A stretch of 63,133 nt of DNA, filler included, from 8 parts of 8 records of this genome joined end to end with filler, not necessarily neighbours in it; one strand, 5' to 3'. Positions 11,547-21,697 are shown, numbered from the whole stretch's first letter. The notes: generated by a model not told the origin, from the sequence alone. Translations and numbers: made by a program.

Positions 11547-13409
11547 ATGAAAACAAACTTAAACTTTGTTAATGTATGTAAAGACGGGACTATTTGTGTT
11601 GATATGTTTGGCATGCAAGCAAAATTTTTATCTAGTGTAAAGATAGAAAATAGTGAGGAGATTTTACTACAGGAGCCAACAAATATAGATAGAACAGAGA
11701 ACCTTGTGCTTGCAACATATGAGTATGCAAAAAATAACTTGGTGATAACGCAAGATTTTCGATATAAAAATAACGGTGTTGAAATATCTATAAACGTGCA
11801 GGGTGAAGAAGAAATTGCAGTCGAAAAAATTTATCCGTTAATAATGAGTGAGGCTATAAACCTTGAAGATATTAACTTTTTATCGATTCCTTTTGATAAC
11901 GACGACTGGGCAAGGTATAGTGAAGAAAAATTCAATTGTGCGCGAGAATCATATGACATTGCATGCCTTGACAACTCAAAAGAATATATTGTTGTTGCGG
12001 CAGTAACCTATGATAATTTCAAAACAGCGATTATCCCAGAAGATAATAAACTAAAGGTTGTTTGCGGTTACACAAGCGATTTGACTCGTGATACATTGAA
12101 ACATGGAAGTGTATTAGGCAAAAATGTTAAAAGTGAAACTATTTTCATTACTTTTGCAGCAAGCAAAAATGAAGCTTATGAGAATTTTAGCATAAGCAAT
12201 TTACAACACAACAGCATTATGCATTATGATAATAGAATGCCTTATGGATGGAACAGCTTTTCACGATTTCCATCAGATGTTACTACGGAAAACTTTTTTG
12301 ATAGTGCTTCATATTTTTCAAAACTTTCAAACAGACTGGAAAACAATGAGATATTTATTAACTATGATTTTGCACCGATATCAATAGAAGACTATAAAAA
12401 ATCAAAAAAATATACTAATGACGTTGGAGTAAATGCAGGCTTCTATTCGGCTCCTTTTGTTATATTTGAAGATATTAACAAGCTTCCTATTACTGACAAG
12501 GACAGAATTGAGTCCATAATGATGAATACAATAGATGATATTCAGCAACTGCTTTTAAAGGACTCAGATGGAAATGTTCTGCCATCAGTAGATGGCTTGT
12601 TATCCCTTGATGCAACACATCCGGAAACGTTAAAATGGGCTAAAAAGCGAATAACCACATATCTTAGGCTAGGGTATAAATATATAAAATTAGATTTTTT
12701 GGGACATGCACACAGGGAAGGGTGCTTTTATGACAAGCGTTTCACAACTGGCAGGCAGGTTTTAAACTATGCGATGAATGAAATAATCTCATTTATACCA
12801 GAAGATGTATTCATAAGTATTTCCATAAGTTCAATGTTTCCAAATAGCTTTGGTCATGCAAGGCGAATATCCTGCGATTGTTTTGGCACAAAAGATGATA
12901 CTTTATACTTGCTAAACAGTGTTTATTACGGAAGCTACCTGCAAAAAAAGGTGTATCAATATAATGATGCGGATCATGTGGTTTTGCTCAAAAGCTTTAA
13001 GCATGAAAATACTCAATTCTATGAAGCTAAAGCTAGATTTTTGGCATCAATTGTTTGCGGATCAATAATGTTGTTTAGCGATGATTATGGTGACGAGAAT
13101 GTTAAGTCAAGGTTTGAAACATTGACTGCACCAAGTCATATAGATATACTGGCTGTAAATGATGAGCCATTCGAAGCGTTTGATGAATATACTTATTATA
13201 AAAAATTTGAAAATCAAGTTTATCTAATTATGTTTAACTTGCAGGATGATAAAAAAATTCAAAGCATAGATATGAAGAGTATTGGATTAGAAGAAGAGAA
13301 AAAGTATACATTCTACGAAGTGTATGATGAATACCGGCAGCATTGCATAAATAGTTTGGAAATAACTTTTGAGCCGAATTCAACAAAATTTTTCGTTGTA
13401 TACGCTTAA
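11547..13409 (+). CDS. Clan GH-D glycoside hydrolase (GH27/GH36 alpha-galactosidase-like)
   Basis: YGWNSF, LDATHP, YIKLDF (nucleophile-like Asp), RRISCD and NDADHV motifs. Confidence 0.75.
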   Translation: MKTNLNFVNVCKDGTICVDMFGMQAKFLSSVKIENSEEILLQEPTNIDRTENLVLATYEYAKNNLVITQDFRYKNNGVEISINVQGEEEIAVEKIYPLIMSEAINLEDINFLSIPFDNDDWARYSEEKFNCARESYDIACLDNSKEYIVVAAVTYDNFKTAIIPEDNKLKVVCGYTSDLTRDTLKHGSVLGKNVKSETIFITFAASKNEAYENFSISNLQHNSIMHYDNRMPYGWNSFSRFPSDVTTENFFDSASYFSKLSNRLENNEIFINYDFAPISIEDYKKSKKYTNDVGVNAGFYSAPFVIFEDINKLPITDKDRIESIMMNTIDDIQQLLLKDSDGNVLPSVDGLLSLDATHPETLKWAKKRITTYLRLGYKYIKLDFLGHAHREGCFYDKRFTTGRQVLNYAMNEIISFIPEDVFISISISSMFPNSFGHARRISCDCFGTKDDTLYLLNSVYYGSYLQKKVYQYNDADHVVLLKSFKHENTQFYEAKARFLASIVCGSIMLFSDDYGDENVKSRFETLTAPSHIDILAVNDEPFEAFDEYTYYKKFENQVYLIMFNLQDDKKIQSIDMKSIGLEEEKKYTFYEVYDEYRQHCINSLEITFEPNSTKFFVVYA

Positions 13410-13463
13410 TTAAAGAAAGTATTAGTACTTTATAAATTCTAATAGTATGATAAAGAGGAATAA

Positions 13464-14696
13464 ATGATAAACAAACTAAAAAAAATCCACTATGGTTGGA
13501 TAATAGTATTTGCTTGCAGCTTGGTTATGGTTAATACCGTTGGTATTTCAGTTACTCTGCGGGGGATATTTATTGCGCCCATAAGAGATACATTTGGCTA
13601 TAGTGCAACACAGGTATCTGGAGCATTAGCCCTAGGTTCAGTTGGAGCGCTTTTGTCATTGCTTACAGCGAATTTTCTATATAAGAGAATTTCAACTAAG
13701 GCAGGTGTGCTGATTTTTGGGCTACTGATTGCATTGGGGCACGCACTTACCGGTTTTTCTAAAACGCTTACAGGTTTGTGTGTTGCATCATTAATACTTG
13801 GTATAAGTAATGGGCTAGGTTCATTACTACCTGTGTCTATGCTTGTTTCGAGCTGGTTTGTCCGAAGGAAGAGCTTTGTACTGGGATTAGCTTTTGCAGG
13901 ATCCGGCATCGGAAGCTTTATTTTTGCTCCGATATTTAGCAACTGGATAATAAACATTGGGTATGCAAATACACTCTATATTGTCAGCGGAATAGTAACG
14001 CTTTTAACTCTTCTGGCGTTTTTTCTTATTTCAAGTAATCCCAATGATAAAGGATTAAAACCGTATGGAGGTGATGAAAAAGATGAAAATAACATCATGC
14101 AGTCAATCGGTCTTACATTCAATCAAGCGCGAAAAACTGCATCATTCAAGACTTTGTTTATAGGTGTTTTTTTGCTAGGCATTACAATTAGTTACGCTAT
14201 TAATTTTGTGTCACCTCTGATAACAGATATGGGCTATTCTGCTGTATTTGCAGGAATGATGGTATCGGTGTTTAGTGCTGGTGCTGTAGCAGGCAAAATA
14301 CTGTATGGTTTTGTCAATGATAAAGCAGGGTCAATCAAAGGTAATGTATATATATTTGCTCTGTGGTCTGCAGGCTTGATATTCGCTTATTTCACATTTG
14401 TTAGTGAGATACTAGTTGTAATATTTGCACTATTCCTTGGGTTCGGATGTGCTATTGGGACAGTATCATTGCCGATTTGGGTACAAGATTTGTTTGGTCA
14501 AAAAGAATATGTTGCAATATACCCTATGATAAGTATATCCTACACTGTAGGCACGGCTGTGGGACTTGTGCTCATTGGACAAGTGGTTGATACTTATGGA
14601 AGCTATGCACTTGGTTACTTAATTACAGGCGGAGTGGCAATAGTGGCATTTGTATTTGTAAGCATTTCGTACAAGCTGAGAAAGCACAAGTATTAG
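13464..14696 (+). CDS. MFS transporter (OFA/MCT-like)
   Basis: About 12 TM segments; N-terminal HYGWIIV; WF..R....GLA.AGSG motif. Confidence 0.88.
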   Translation: MINKLKKIHYGWIIVFACSLVMVNTVGISVTLRGIFIAPIRDTFGYSATQVSGALALGSVGALLSLLTANFLYKRISTKAGVLIFGLLIALGHALTGFSKTLTGLCVASLILGISNGLGSLLPVSMLVSSWFVRRKSFVLGLAFAGSGIGSFIFAPIFSNWIINIGYANTLYIVSGIVTLLTLLAFFLISSNPNDKGLKPYGGDEKDENNIMQSIGLTFNQARKTASFKTLFIGVFLLGITISYAINFVSPLITDMGYSAVFAGMMVSVFSAGAVAGKILYGFVNDKAGSIKGNVYIFALWSAGLIFAYFTFVSEILVVIFALFLGFGCAIGTVSLPIWVQDLFGQKEYVAIYPMISISYTVGTAVGLVLIGQVVDTYGSYALGYLITGGVAIVAFVFVSISYKLRKHKY

Positions 14697-14735
14697 TGCA
14701 AGTAGTACCCAAAACATGAAAAAGGAGGAATGAAA

Positions 14736-15726
14736 TTGGCTACATTAAAGGATATCGCAGAAAAAACTGATTTATCAGTTACGGCAGTTTCTAGGATATT
14801 AAATTCGGATAATACCCTAGTAATGAGCGAAGAAAAAAAGAGTATGTTCGAAAAATAGCTAAAGAGCTGGAATATCAAACACCAAGAAAACGCAAAAGAA
14901 AAAAGGAAAAAAGTTTAAAATTGCCATGTTTTATTGGTATTCCGGTGAGGATGACCTAAGTGACCCATACTATATTTCAATTAGAAGAGGCATAGAAAGA
15001 CAAGCTTCTAAAAATAATGTGCAATTTCATATGATATATAGCTGTGATGACTATTTACTTTCTAAAGAGCAAGTAGACGGCATTGTTGCTTTAGGTCACT
15101 TTACAGATAGTGAAATAGAAACATTTGAAAAAATATCTGATAGTATAGTATTTGTTGATTCATCTCCTGATGTAACTAAGTACGATAGCATATTGATAGA
15201 TTTCCGTCATTCAGTGGAATCTATATTTAATTATATGACAACAGAAAAAAACTTAAAAAGTATAGGCTATTTAGGCGGTCGTGCACATGTTAATAATTAT
15301 GAAATCGAGCTAAGTGAAAAGAGAGAAGGATTTTTTATAGAGAATGCAAAAAAATATGGTGTATATGATCCTAATAATATTTATGTTGGAGACTTTACTT
15401 TTAAAAGTGGCTATAACATGATGAATACTGCCATTGAAAAAGGTAATCTCCCTCAGGCATTTTTTGGTGCAAATGACTCTATTGCAATTGGCGCGATTAA
15501 GGCTTTGCATGAACATAATATTAAAATTCCAGAAGAATGCGGAATAATAGGATTCAATGATATTTCTATGGCTTCATACTCATCACCTGCTTTGACAACA
15601 GTGAGAGTAAATACTGAATTCATGGGCAAAACGGCAGTAGATTTGATACTAGAAAAACTAAATGGCAGAGAAGTTTGTAAAAAAGTAATTGTTCCAACGG
15701 ATATTATTATCAGAGAGTCGTTTTAA
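14736..15726 (+). CDS. LacI-family regulator (EbgR/LacR-like); HTH separated by a frameshift in the A-run at 14833-14839
   Basis: GGAGG then TTG-ATLKDIAEK...AVSRILN; one added A joins it to ORF 14926..15726 (NDSIAIG, IIGFND, PALTTV). Confidence 0.88.
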
Positions 15727-15749
15727 TCATTGTGTATTTGTTAATTATG

Positions 15750-15778
15750 TTGACTAAATGCAAATATCATGATATTAT
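15750..15778 (+). promoter_or_regulatory. Sigma-A-type promoter
   Basis: TTGACT-17 nt-TATTAT with an extended -10 TG. Confidence 0.55.
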
Positions 15779-16048
15779 ATAGTAAATATTCAGTGAAATA
15801 TCGGTAAAATATTTCAATGGATAACAATGAATGTATATAGAAAAACATTTAAAAAGGTCAATTAAGGGTATGGAAAGACTTGTTTGTAAAAACAGTAAAA
15901 CCGACAGAAGAAATGTTGCCTGATAAAATCTGGACATCGGAAATGGGCAAATTTAAAAAAAGTGATGAATTTTGCAAGCGTATTGGTTATTCTAAAGAAG
16001 TTGTTGAAAGCAAGATATAATTGAAAACATTGAGTAAGCTATTTATTT

Positions 16049-16148
16049 NNNNNNNNNNNNNNNNNNNNNNNNNNNNNNNNNNNNNNNNNNNNTTAATTAA
16101 TTAANNNNNNNNNNNNNNNNNNNNNNNNNNNNNNNNNNNNNNNNNNNN
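16049..16148. other. Artificial contig linker
   Basis: N44-TTAATTAATTAA-N44. Confidence 0.99.
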
Positions 16149-16186
16149 TTCATGCGACAACTATCCTGCCACAGGGGGGAGCTGTT

Positions 16187-16395
16187 AAGGTGTTCGCCTA
16201 TGTTATGGAACAAGGCCAATGTTTTTTTTGGTATTCGGTAGCCGATGTCCACCAATGAAACCAATCTCATACGTCTATAACCAAAACAGGTTGAATACCT
16301 GAACACCTTGTGCCGACGGACTCTAAACCGATAGATATTGTGGGTTTACAGTTGCTTGCGGTGTTTATCGCCGGGATGAACACCTCTGAACACCT
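16187..16395. repeat. GAACACCT octamer repeats (iteron-like)
   Basis: Direct copies at 16301, 16378 and 16388, a variant GAATACCT at 16293, and an inverted copy at 16188-16195. Confidence 0.5.
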
Positions 16396-16620
16396 TTATG
16401 CAAAGAACTGTAACACCGAAAACATACACACACAGATCCCGGATTTTTGCTCAGCAACCCAGCTCTCGCTGCAACTAAAATTCTGATTTTGAAAATTGGT
16501 TTTGCATAGTTGCCGGGGACGCAAATTGCCGTCTGATAGACAGAAATACAACTTTTTCAGTTAGATCGGTCGGTACGTTTTAATAGCAGAAACCACAGGA
16601 CGGATTATTTTCAATTTACG

Positions 16621-16857
16621 TCATGGTAACCAAAAAAGGTTTTGGATGTCCTTCCTTGGGTTTGCAAATATTTTTGTCGGTCCATCCAATGTATCATTTG
16701 CTGGTATGCAGTTCATTCTCTCCTGGGCAAAAGATGCCCGAATAATATACCGCGCCAGGTTTTCCATGGCGGTTTCATCACCGGGTTGAATCCGCGACCC
16801 AACGAACACGTTGAAACCGGTGTATCGCCATTTATCCATCAGCGAGATCAGCCGTGA
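16621..16857 (-). pseudogene. IS91-family (Y2) transposase fragment
   Basis: WRYTGFNVFVGSRIQPGDETAMENLARYIIRASFAQERM matches the catalytic-Tyr region of IS91-like transposases; only ~70 aa remain. Confidence 0.75.
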
Positions 16858-17059
16858 TTACAAACCACTTTCTGTAATATCGATATGTGCCTGGGATGGT
16901 GATTAAGTGAGACCTTCTGTCATATCAGCTTAATATCAGCCCGCCGCATTTTTAAGAAGCTGATAATTTGACATTTGGAGAGTCACCCCGCACCCTATAA
17001 GTTTATGGGAATGCGGGATTAGATTACCGTATCTGCCAAGAAGGTTTTTTTACCATACT

Positions 17060-17090
17060 AAAAAAGGCAGAGCCTTGCGACCCTGCCTTT
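17060..17090 (-). terminator. Rho-independent terminator closing the protease cluster
   Basis: Minus strand reads AAAGGCAGGGTCGCAAGGCTCTGCCTTTTTT. Confidence 0.75.
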
Positions 17091-17113
17091 ACCGAACAAT
17101 GATATCAAAAAAA

Positions 17114-18112
17114 TTAGTCAATCTTTGATACTGTTCCAACGGCGCCCAATTCGCCTTTATTATTGTTGGTATCTGGATAATACCACCGATATATCAGGGA
17201 GGATGTGTCCTTATCCGCCAACTCAACAAACCCCTGGTCGTAGCATTCGCAATAGGTGCTCTCAGGTTGGAAGGTTATAGTTTCTCTGAACAGCAGCTGT
17301 GCATCTGTTTCCTCAATCAGTGTTAGATATCCTTCACAATCATCTGCAGATGAAGACTCATCGAAAGAATACTTTATGAATTGTTCGACTTCTGAAATAT
17401 CGATTAGTATCGCCCATGATAACCCGTCCTGTTGGCCTTCGCCCTCCCAAATTCCAATTTTCCCGGATAAACCGCCGCCTATGGGAGGATCTTCCTGATC
17501 ATTCAAGCTGTTCAGTGTATCTTGTAAATGTTCGCTTGCGGTAGATGCATCAACCAGTTCCGAACAAGTTGAGTAGTTGGAGCTTTCAGTGGCAATCAGG
17601 TTTTGGACATCTTCATCAAAAGTTTCACTTTCAAAATCTATCGACATACCTGCCGTCGCCAGAAGAACCTGACCGGAGATGACAATGCCATTACTTGGAT
17701 CACAGTCATTATCAAGGGTTTGCAGAAGACGTGCCATGTTTATAACCCCAGTATTAGTAATATCCTCTACACCTGCAAGCTCAAGAGGGGTTATGATTTG
17801 TGCAGCAGCCACAGCGGGAAATTCGAGGTCTCCAAGGCCAAAAACGACAGTTTCACCTGCACGGTATTGGTATTCGCCATTTTCAGCCGTAATCCCCGAA
17901 AGTGTTTCGGTATAATAGTCCAGCCCGCAAACCGGACTATCGACAATTTGACCGGTCAGGATTGAAGAATCATCCGTCAAAGAGTCGTCATCGGTAATAG
18001 AGACATCTTCTGTTGAGGGACTGTCATTCGGTGAATCACTGCCGCCACAGCCTGCAATTACCATCAGAAATAAAAATACACAAAACCACCTAATACTCAT
18101 AAAAAAACGCAT
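17114..18112 (-). CDS. Acidic lipoprotein of unknown function
   Basis: Lipobox IAGC-GGS; Asp/Ser-rich linker; DSPV.GL.Y.T...G.T...G.Y.Y..GETV.F domain of a kind seen in surface lipoproteins; RBS AAGGAGGTGA lies inside the end of prsW. Confidence 0.75.
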   Translation of the reverse strand: MRFFMSIRWFCVFLFLMVIAGCGGSDSPNDSPSTEDVSITDDDSLTDDSSILTGQIVDSPVCGLDYYTETLSGITAENGEYQYRAGETVVFGLGDLEFPAVAAAQIITPLELAGVEDITNTGVINMARLLQTLDNDCDPSNGIVISGQVLLATAGMSIDFESETFDEDVQNLIATESSNYSTCSELVDASTASEHLQDTLNSLNDQEDPPIGGGLSGKIGIWEGEGQQDGLSWAILIDISEVEQFIKYSFDESSSADDCEGYLTLIEETDAQLLFRETITFQPESTYCECYDQGFVELADKDTSSLIYRWYYPDTNNNKGELGAVGTVSKID

Positions 18113-18113
18113 G

Positions 18114-19157
18114 TCACCTCCTTATACCGGCTTTTTCTTCCCGAAGTTGCTTTAGACCATCCTGGATAAGGGCAAAAATGACAATCCACGCAACCGTTCC
18201 GAGTACCGCATATTTTGTATAAAAGGGTAGATATATTGGGGCATTCCATATCATATGCATCACTGCCGCGATGCCCAGGATACGCAGAAAGCGGACATCT
18301 TTGAGCATTTCGAACTGGAATTTGCGGTCACCCTTCACCTTCCATAAGGCTGCGCCGCACATTCCCGTCCAGACGATATGCGCAAAAGGGGACAGCATCC
18401 CTCTAAGCATAATGCTGTCCATCATGGCATCCGGGTCGGGGTCGACCAATCCGGCGATCAATGCATATCCGGCACTCTCAAAAGCCGCAAACCCCGCGCC
18501 GACCGAGGCGCCAAACAACAGACCGTTGAGTGTATACCGATATTTGGTCACATTGACCACCAGCAGGAGTGCCAAAAGCTTGCCCGGCTCCTCCACGATT
18601 CCGGCGACGGAAGCGCCCAGCCAATCCAGTTTAAACGCGCCACTGACCTGAAATAAGATCAGTGAACTAATGAGGGAGACGATCCCACCGACAAAAACCA
18701 TTCGGATGACTTGATATAGTGACACGTTTCTTCTGGCATTGACCTCCACGAAGAAAATCAGCGCCGATATGGGTACAGCAAAAGACCCAACCATGATCAT
18801 GCCAGGCACCAAATTGACATTTCCAAATTCCTTCCATGCCTGGACAAAAAGCACATACACGATGATGGCGCCTATGAACGTCTTAAAAAATACCCACGGT
18901 TTAGGCCAACTCGTATCCACATCCTGAATTTTCGGTGTCGTCGACGGCGTCCCGACGGTGAAATATTCTTCAACTTCTTCCGTAGAATGCCTCGTGAAGA
19001 CTTCCGAAAAAAAGTCCTTCAAACTGAAGCCTTCAAGGTTATCGATTCCGGCGACTTTGGTGACATGCGAGCTTAGTTTCGATGCCAGTTTTTCACTCCC
19101 CGCCTCTTCGTCCAAAGACCTTTGAGTTTCAGTTTCTGTCTTCTGGGCTTTGGTCAT
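18114..19157 (-). CDS. prsW: PrsW-family intramembrane metalloprotease (M82)
   Basis: EEPGK, GFAAFE, HIVWT and HMIWN motifs; multi-TM; probable start MTKAQ. Confidence 0.9.
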   Translation of the reverse strand: MTKAQKTETETQRSLDEEAGSEKLASKLSSHVTKVAGIDNLEGFSLKDFFSEVFTRHSTEEVEEYFTVGTPSTTPKIQDVDTSWPKPWVFFKTFIGAIIVYVLFVQAWKEFGNVNLVPGMIMVGSFAVPISALIFFVEVNARRNVSLYQVIRMVFVGGIVSLISSLILFQVSGAFKLDWLGASVAGIVEEPGKLLALLLVVNVTKYRYTLNGLLFGASVGAGFAAFESAGYALIAGLVDPDPDAMMDSIMLRGMLSPFAHIVWTGMCGAALWKVKGDRKFQFEMLKDVRFLRILGIAAVMHMIWNAPIYLPFYTKYAVLGTVAWIVIFALIQDGLKQLREEKAGIRR

Positions 19158-19362
19158 GTATCCTGATCCTTTCGTGTCAGGCAATGATGTCGGTTTAAAA
19201 TCCTCCACCAATGAAAAATGCTATTTTTTTGGAATCGCACTTTGTGGGCTGTCTTAAAAAACAAAAACCTTGTTGCGGATATTCTGTTCAATAAACTTTC
19301 CATTCACTTATCCCGATCGTTGCGTAAAAAGATGCTTAAATCCTTCTTCCGCAACGCTATGG

Positions 19363-21225
19363 TTATTGGTCCTCAAGGAGATCCCACACTGGATCAAGGA
19401 CATGCAACTGTTCTTCTGTCGATCTTCCCGAAGGTGGGTGATCAGGAGGTGAAGGCCGAGACCCGATATCAACGGCCTTACCATCAATGTGACCATAGCC
19501 GTATTGGTTGTTGGGTGCGTTCGTTCCTTTTTTGCGCACAGATGCCAGTAACATCTTGCGAAGTTCCTTGGTAGCCGCTTGGGGCTTCATACTTTTGAGA
19601 AGGGCGGCAAATCCGGCGACATGGGGGCAGGCAGCCGAAGTGCCAGGAAAACGGTCCTCTGGAGCTATGCCCTGATAAGCGGATGAAAAAACCCTGTCTG
19701 GCGCACTAATTTCGGGTTTTATCCGTCCATCATCCGTAGGACCTTGTGAACTGAAAGCTTCGAGCTGGTCATTGTGCACATTAACCGCACCTACGGCCAA
19801 AGAGGCCCGCGCAGTAGCCGGGATGCCGATGGAACCATCAGGGACAGCGGGGTGGACCTTGGCAGCGCCACTCACTGTCAGGTGAACTGTCATGGTTCTT
19901 TTGATGCTTTGACGTTTCAAGGCAACGGCATACCAACCACCGGGCTGGACCCGCCAACCAATGAATTCAGCGGGCTCGCTTCTGCCGTTCTGCGGATTAG
20001 TCGACTTGGCAATAAGCTCCAGCTTTCTTTTGGTTCTATTGACGTTGAACAGAAAGAGGTCAATGTCCTGGGTTGAAGAAGGCCGGGCAGGATCGGCGCC
20101 CCAGTCGTCCCAGGTGACCAACACCCTAAGTACACCATGCTGCCCGGCTTGGATAAGGATAAAATCCTTACCCTTCATACCGGCCACATCGACCAGACCA
20201 TTTCCGTTGGCATCAACGGTTTTACCAAGCCAATGATTATCCGCTTCATTACCGGCGGCGTTGACATAGAGGATATCATACGATGCGGCAATCCGGTCAA
20301 CGAACTTATCCAGCGTCGAGAGACCGTTTTTTGGGCCCCAATGGCCACCAGTGGAATTGCTGATGATTTGGACTCCCTGTTTCGCCAGCCATTGCACCGC
20401 TTGAATCTTTCGGCCGGTTGTTCCGTCAAAAAGGGCGACATAAATCTCCGCATCCGGTGCCATCTGATGGATGATCTGCGCGCAAGCCGTTCCATGCACG
20501 CCGTTGACTTCAAGTTTTCCTTGATCTGTGAAAGCTTTGGCAGCAGCTGGCGTCGGCAGTTCACCGACTCGAACCAACTCGCTGTAGCGTTCAAAACCCA
20601 TGTCGAGAACGCCAACTTTTATGCCCTTTCCGGTAAAACCCTCCTCGTGTAGCCTGGCGACGCCAGTTGCCGCTACGCCTTCGCCTGCCAATTTGCTCTG
20701 AGTAAAATCATAAAGCGGCTCGAAATTCCGCTGCGGAGCTGCAAATTCAAGGGACTGTTCCTTGGCAAGCAATTCAATATGGTCTGTTGAAATTTCACCG
20801 TAAACCGTATTCTCAAAGTTCGAGATTAAACAACCATTTCCCCTGAGAAAGTCCTCGAGAAATTGGCGGTCATTGCTGCTTTTTGCGGTAAGAACCACAG
20901 AAATAGATCCGCTTTCGTATGTCAGGCCGAGTTTAAAGGCCTTGTCAACAAGTGCAGAGGGCGATTTTTGTCTTGCCTCCTCCAAAATCTGGACCAGTGC
21001 CGGGTCCAAATTGGGGTAACGGTTTAATGCAGCCTTCTCCCTGCCCACATTTGGAATGTCCGCCTGATCGGGTAATAGGCGGATGACATCCACATCGCCA
21101 GGATTCATTGGACCGGCCAGAATTGGCCCTGGGCAGGTAACATCCGCAACGAACAAAACGTAGAGGATTGCTGAGACAATTCGCCATACTCTGAAAAAAC
21201 TTTTGTTTTCATTTGGCATGGCCAT
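19363..21225 (-). CDS. Secreted S8 subtilase with pro-domain and an inserted beta-domain
   Basis: Triad VGVLDMG / HGTACA / GTSAACPHVAG; oxyanion AAGN; FSSQGPT; N-terminal hydrophobic segment; start probably 21225 or 21219. Confidence 0.92.
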   Translation of the reverse strand: MAMPNENKSFFRVWRIVSAILYVLFVADVTCPGPILAGPMNPGDVDVIRLLPDQADIPNVGREKAALNRYPNLDPALVQILEEARQKSPSALVDKAFKLGLTYESGSISVVLTAKSSNDRQFLEDFLRGNGCLISNFENTVYGEISTDHIELLAKEQSLEFAAPQRNFEPLYDFTQSKLAGEGVAATGVARLHEEGFTGKGIKVGVLDMGFERYSELVRVGELPTPAAAKAFTDQGKLEVNGVHGTACAQIIHQMAPDAEIYVALFDGTTGRKIQAVQWLAKQGVQIISNSTGGHWGPKNGLSTLDKFVDRIAASYDILYVNAAGNEADNHWLGKTVDANGNGLVDVAGMKGKDFILIQAGQHGVLRVLVTWDDWGADPARPSSTQDIDLFLFNVNRTKRKLELIAKSTNPQNGRSEPAEFIGWRVQPGGWYAVALKRQSIKRTMTVHLTVSGAAKVHPAVPDGSIGIPATARASLAVGAVNVHNDQLEAFSSQGPTDDGRIKPEISAPDRVFSSAYQGIAPEDRFPGTSAACPHVAGFAALLKSMKPQAATKELRKMLLASVRKKGTNAPNNQYGYGHIDGKAVDIGSRPSPPDHPPSGRSTEEQLHVLDPVWDLLEDQ

Positions 21226-21697
21226 CCGTTGTATTCGGTAATTCTGGTGCTGGTAGGCTTTTCTCGTCCATCGGAGACATAATCCGGTGTGATAGAGCCA
21301 TGAACCAGACGCTCTCCTCTGCTGCCACCTGCTTGACGGCAGCAATAGGCACCAAGGCGTAGAGTACGTTGTCAACAGCGGCGATGATTTCACCGCCCGA
21401 AGCGGTCAGACGCTCTTTCGCTGCCGCCACATTCTGGGCACCGTCGAGAACGATTTTGACTTGGATCCGGTTCTGGTCGAGAGTGATCATCTTTTCCCCT
21501 GCCCAGACGCTCACCTTATCCTCTCCACCTTGTTCCAAGGTCTGGAGCATGTCCTGAAGGCCTTGGTCAAGTTTTTCGTTTAGCTTCGTCTCCGAAGCAT
21601 TGCTGACAGCTTTAGGTTGGGGAGGCAACGACCAATCCTTGCAGCCGCAACTAATACTTATTGCCACAATTACTGCTATATATAAATGAGCACGCAT
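21209..21697 (-). CDS. Exported or lipoprotein homologue of the subtilase pro-domain (I9-inhibitor-like), stand-alone
   Basis: Signal peptide ending ISCGC; the mature part aligns by eye with the pro-region of the adjacent S8; overlaps the S8 start. Confidence 0.65.
   Translation of the reverse strand: MRAHLYIAVIVAISISCGCKDWSLPPQPKAVSNASETKLNEKLDQGLQDMLQTLEQGGEDKVSVWAGEKMITLDQNRIQVKIVLDGAQNVAAAKERLTASGGEIIAAVDNVLYALVPIAAVKQVAAEESVWFMALSHRIMSPMDEKSLPAPELPNTTDGHAK

Noticed and set aside
21226-21393. Long N-terminal extension of the S8 ORF (676 aa version)
   Set aside because: It overlaps the upstream gene in another frame; the signal-like segment starts after Met at 21225/21219
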